A DNA stretch of 64,000 bases, taken from the NCBI GenBank assembly GCA_005240145.1, contig SBAS01000074.1, positions 1,712 to 65,711 on the forward strand, read 5' to 3'. Below the pieces are notes generated by a model. It saw only the letters and a program-made list of their open reading frames with translations, searched no databases and was not told the DNA's origin. Below are positions 62,381 to 64,000 of the stretch, piece by piece; positions within the stretch are counted from its first letter, which is position 1, and every line of letters begins with the position of its first letter. The stretch is from Nitrosomonadales bacterium (lineage in GTDB: Bacteria > Pseudomonadota > Gammaproteobacteria > Burkholderiales > SG8-39). The position numbers and the translations under genes were made by a program.

Positions 62381-63256
62381 TCAGGCGGTGCGGCCCTGCA
62401 GCGCGGCGATGCGTTCCTCCATCGGCGGGTGCGTCGAGAAGAGCGCGCCCCAGCCGCCGGGCCCGGCGCCGATGCCGGAGGCCTGCATGGCCTGGGGGAG
62501 GGCCCCTGGCTGCAACCCGCCCAGGCGGGCGAGGGCGTTGATCATCGGTTGCGGCGAACCCAGCAACTGGGCCGAGGCCGCATCGGCGCGGAACTCGCGC
62601 CGGCGCGAGAACCAGGCCACGATCATCGAGGCGAAGATGCCGAGCACCAGTTGCGACACCAGCACCGTGACGAAGAAGCCGATGCCCTGGCCGCGTTCGT
62701 TCTTCAGGATCACGCGGTCGACGACGTAGCCGATGATGCGCGAGAGGAAGATGACGAAAGTGTTCACGACGCCCTGGATGAGGGTAAGCGTGACCATGTC
62801 GCCGTTGGCGACGTGGCCGATTTCGTGGCCGAGCACGGCCTCGACTTCCTCGCGCGACATCGACTGGAGCAGGCCGGTGGAAACCGCGACCAGAGCCGAA
62901 TCGCGGAACGCGCCGGTGGCGAAGGCGTTCGGCTCGCCTTCGTACATGGCGACTTCCGGCATGCCGATGCCGGCTTTTTCCGACAGGCGCTTGACCGTGT
63001 CCACCAGCCAGTACTGGGTGGTGCCCTCGGTGCCGTCGATGACCTGCGCGCCGGTGGAAAACTTGGCCATCCACTTGGAAATGAGCAGCGAGATGAAGGC
63101 GCCGCCGAAGCCGAGCAGCGACGAGAACAGGATCAGCGAAGTGAAATCGATGCCGTTCTGCGTCAGCATCCGGTCGATGCCCAGCACGCTGGCGACGATT
63201 GACAGCAGCATTATCACTGCGAGGTTGGTGACGATCAGAAGCACTATTCTTTTCAT
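62381..63256 (-). CDS. htpX: protease HtpX (M48 zinc metalloprotease)
   Basis: [15 protein letters not shown]..., [10 protein letters not shown] zinc motif. Confidence 0.9.
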   Translation of the reverse strand: MKRIVLLIVTNLAVIMLLSIVASVLGIDRMLTQNGIDFTSLILFSSLLGFGGAFISLLISKWMAKFSTGAQVIDGTEGTTQYWLVDTVKRLSEKAGIGMPEVAMYEGEPNAFATGAFRDSALVAVSTGLLQSMSREEVEAVLGHEIGHVANGDMVTLTLIQGVVNTFVIFLSRIIGYVVDRVILKNERGQGIGFFVTVLVSQLVLGIFASMIVAWFSRRREFRADAASAQLLGSPQPMINALARLGGLQPGALPQAMQASGIGAGPGGWGALFSTHPPMEERIAALQGRTA

Positions 63257-63303
63257 TGGTTTAGGGTCTCCAGAGCAGTTAGATGGGGGCGAACCCCAAC
63301 AGT

Positions 63304-64000
63304 TCAATGCCTCGATTCTAGGGTGTGGTCGGCTAGAATCAAACGGGCGCCCTTTTCAGCGATCAGGTAGGCCGGCGCGTTGGTGTTGCCCGAAGTGATG
63401 CGCGGCATGATCGAGGCGTCCACCACCCGCAGGCGCTCCACGCCGTGCACGCGCAGGCAGTCGTCCACCACCGCCAGCGGGTCGCTCCCCATCTTGCAGG
63501 TGCCGACCGGGTGGAAGATGGTGGTGCCAAGCTCGCCGGCTGCCTGTTCAAGCTCCTGATCCGTCTCCATCTTCGGTCCGGGCCTGAATTCCTCGGGTTC
63601 ATACTTTTGCAGGGCCCTCGCCGCCATGATCCGGCGGGTAAAACGCATGCCGTCCACCGCCACCTTGCGGTCTTCGGGCGTCGAGAGGTAGTTCAGCTTG
63701 ATTTCTGGGTGGTTCGCCGGGTCGGGCGACCTGATGCGCACCCAGCCGCGCGAGGTCGGGCGCAGATTGCACACACTCGGCGTGATGGCGGGGAAGGGGT
63801 GCAGCGGGTCGCCGAACTTGTCGAGGGACAACGGCTGCACGTGCCACTCGATGTTCGGCGTCGGCTGCGACGGGTCGCTCTTCGCGAAGGCGCCCAGCTG
63901 CGAGGGCGGCATGGTGAGCGGCCCGGTGCGGCGCAACAGGTACTCCAGGCCCATCGATGCCTTGCCCCACAGGCTGTTGGCCATTTCGTTCAGCGTGCGC
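63304..64000 (-). CDS. GMC family oxidoreductase (choline-dehydrogenase-like), 5' end outside window
   Basis: C-terminal GMC signature ...[13 protein letters not shown]...[18 protein letters not shown]. The frame is open to the window end. Confidence 0.85.
   Translation of the reverse strand, partial: RTLNEMANSLWGKASMGLEYLLRRTGPLTMPPSQLGAFAKSDPSQPTPNIEWHVQPLSLDKFGDPLHPFPAITPSVCNLRPTSRGWVRIRSPDPANHPEIKLNYLSTPEDRKVAVDGMRFTRRIMAARALQKYEPEEFRPGPKMETDQELEQAAGELGTTIFHPVGTCKMGSDPLAVVDDCLRVHGVERLRVVDASIMPRITSGNTNAPAYLIAEKGARLILADHTLESRH

Noticed and set aside
1-64000. CRISPR arrays, rRNA or tRNA genes, intact IS elements, integrases or prophage genes.
   Set aside because: No spaced direct-repeat arrays were seen. 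The only tandem repeat is the 2-copy 21-mer at 10041-10082. No rRNA- or tRNA-like sequences were recognised, and only a transposase C-terminal stub of about 40 codons is present.

Overview
GC-rich, densely coded chromosomal window of about 70 genes. Gene content and order suggest a betaproteobacterium of the facultatively anaerobic aromatic-degrader type (Rhodocyclales-like); this is inference only. High GC produces many long antisense or out-of-frame shadow ORFs in the track, which I discarded.

Layout:
- 1-8502: galE, suhB, trmJ, cysE and a complete iscRSUA-hscBA-fdx-iscX Fe-S operon, with recognisable IscR boxes.
- 8499-11261: an orphan DotU/TssL-OmpA gene plus a soluble TssM/IcmF-NTPase-only gene. 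No other secretion genes are present and the tssL-like gene has a reading-frame break. This is the most unusual locus.
- 11329-13801: a methyltransferase / formylglutamate-amidohydrolase-like / AstE-AspA-like operon.
- 13794-19789: a decayed DUF4124 gene, a HepT/MntA toxin-antitoxin pair, hflX, msrA, ppiC-type PPIase, bolA, yciB, and CMD-family and ankyrin proteins.
- 19786-37372: aromatic catabolism. It holds boxR-boxC-boxB (no boxA or boxD) followed by a ferritin-like protein and a cysteine-dioxygenase-like cupin, then flavodoxin, benzoate-CoA ligase, a GT2 with no canonical start, ggt, a lipoprotein hydrolase, a quinone oxidoreductase, hcrCAB-like 4-hydroxybenzoyl-CoA reductase, an LLM oxidoreductase and a VanA-like Rieske oxygenase.
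- 37561-41125: a tight TPR / sirtuin / DUF427-adenylate-cyclase operon.
- 41116-54869: a sterol-desaturase-family protein, a gentisate-dioxygenase-like / Rieske / glutamine-synthetase-like operon, a vapBC-like pair, a liv-type ABC transporter, marR, an hpaB-like monooxygenase, a cupin and an orphan ABC ATPase.
- 54841-57702: a pdxH / APH-type kinase / divergent enolase paralog operon.
- 57703-60154: a decayed accessory patch with a SWIB protein, an internally shortened YcaQ-like gene, a ParE-type TA pair, a methyltransferase N-terminal fragment, an IS30-type fragment and a REP hairpin.
- 60155-64000: fbp, an MFS transporter, htpX and a partial GMC oxidoreductase.

No rRNA, tRNA or CRISPR array was seen. 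All family assignments rest on motif recognition by eye in the translations. No database search was run.
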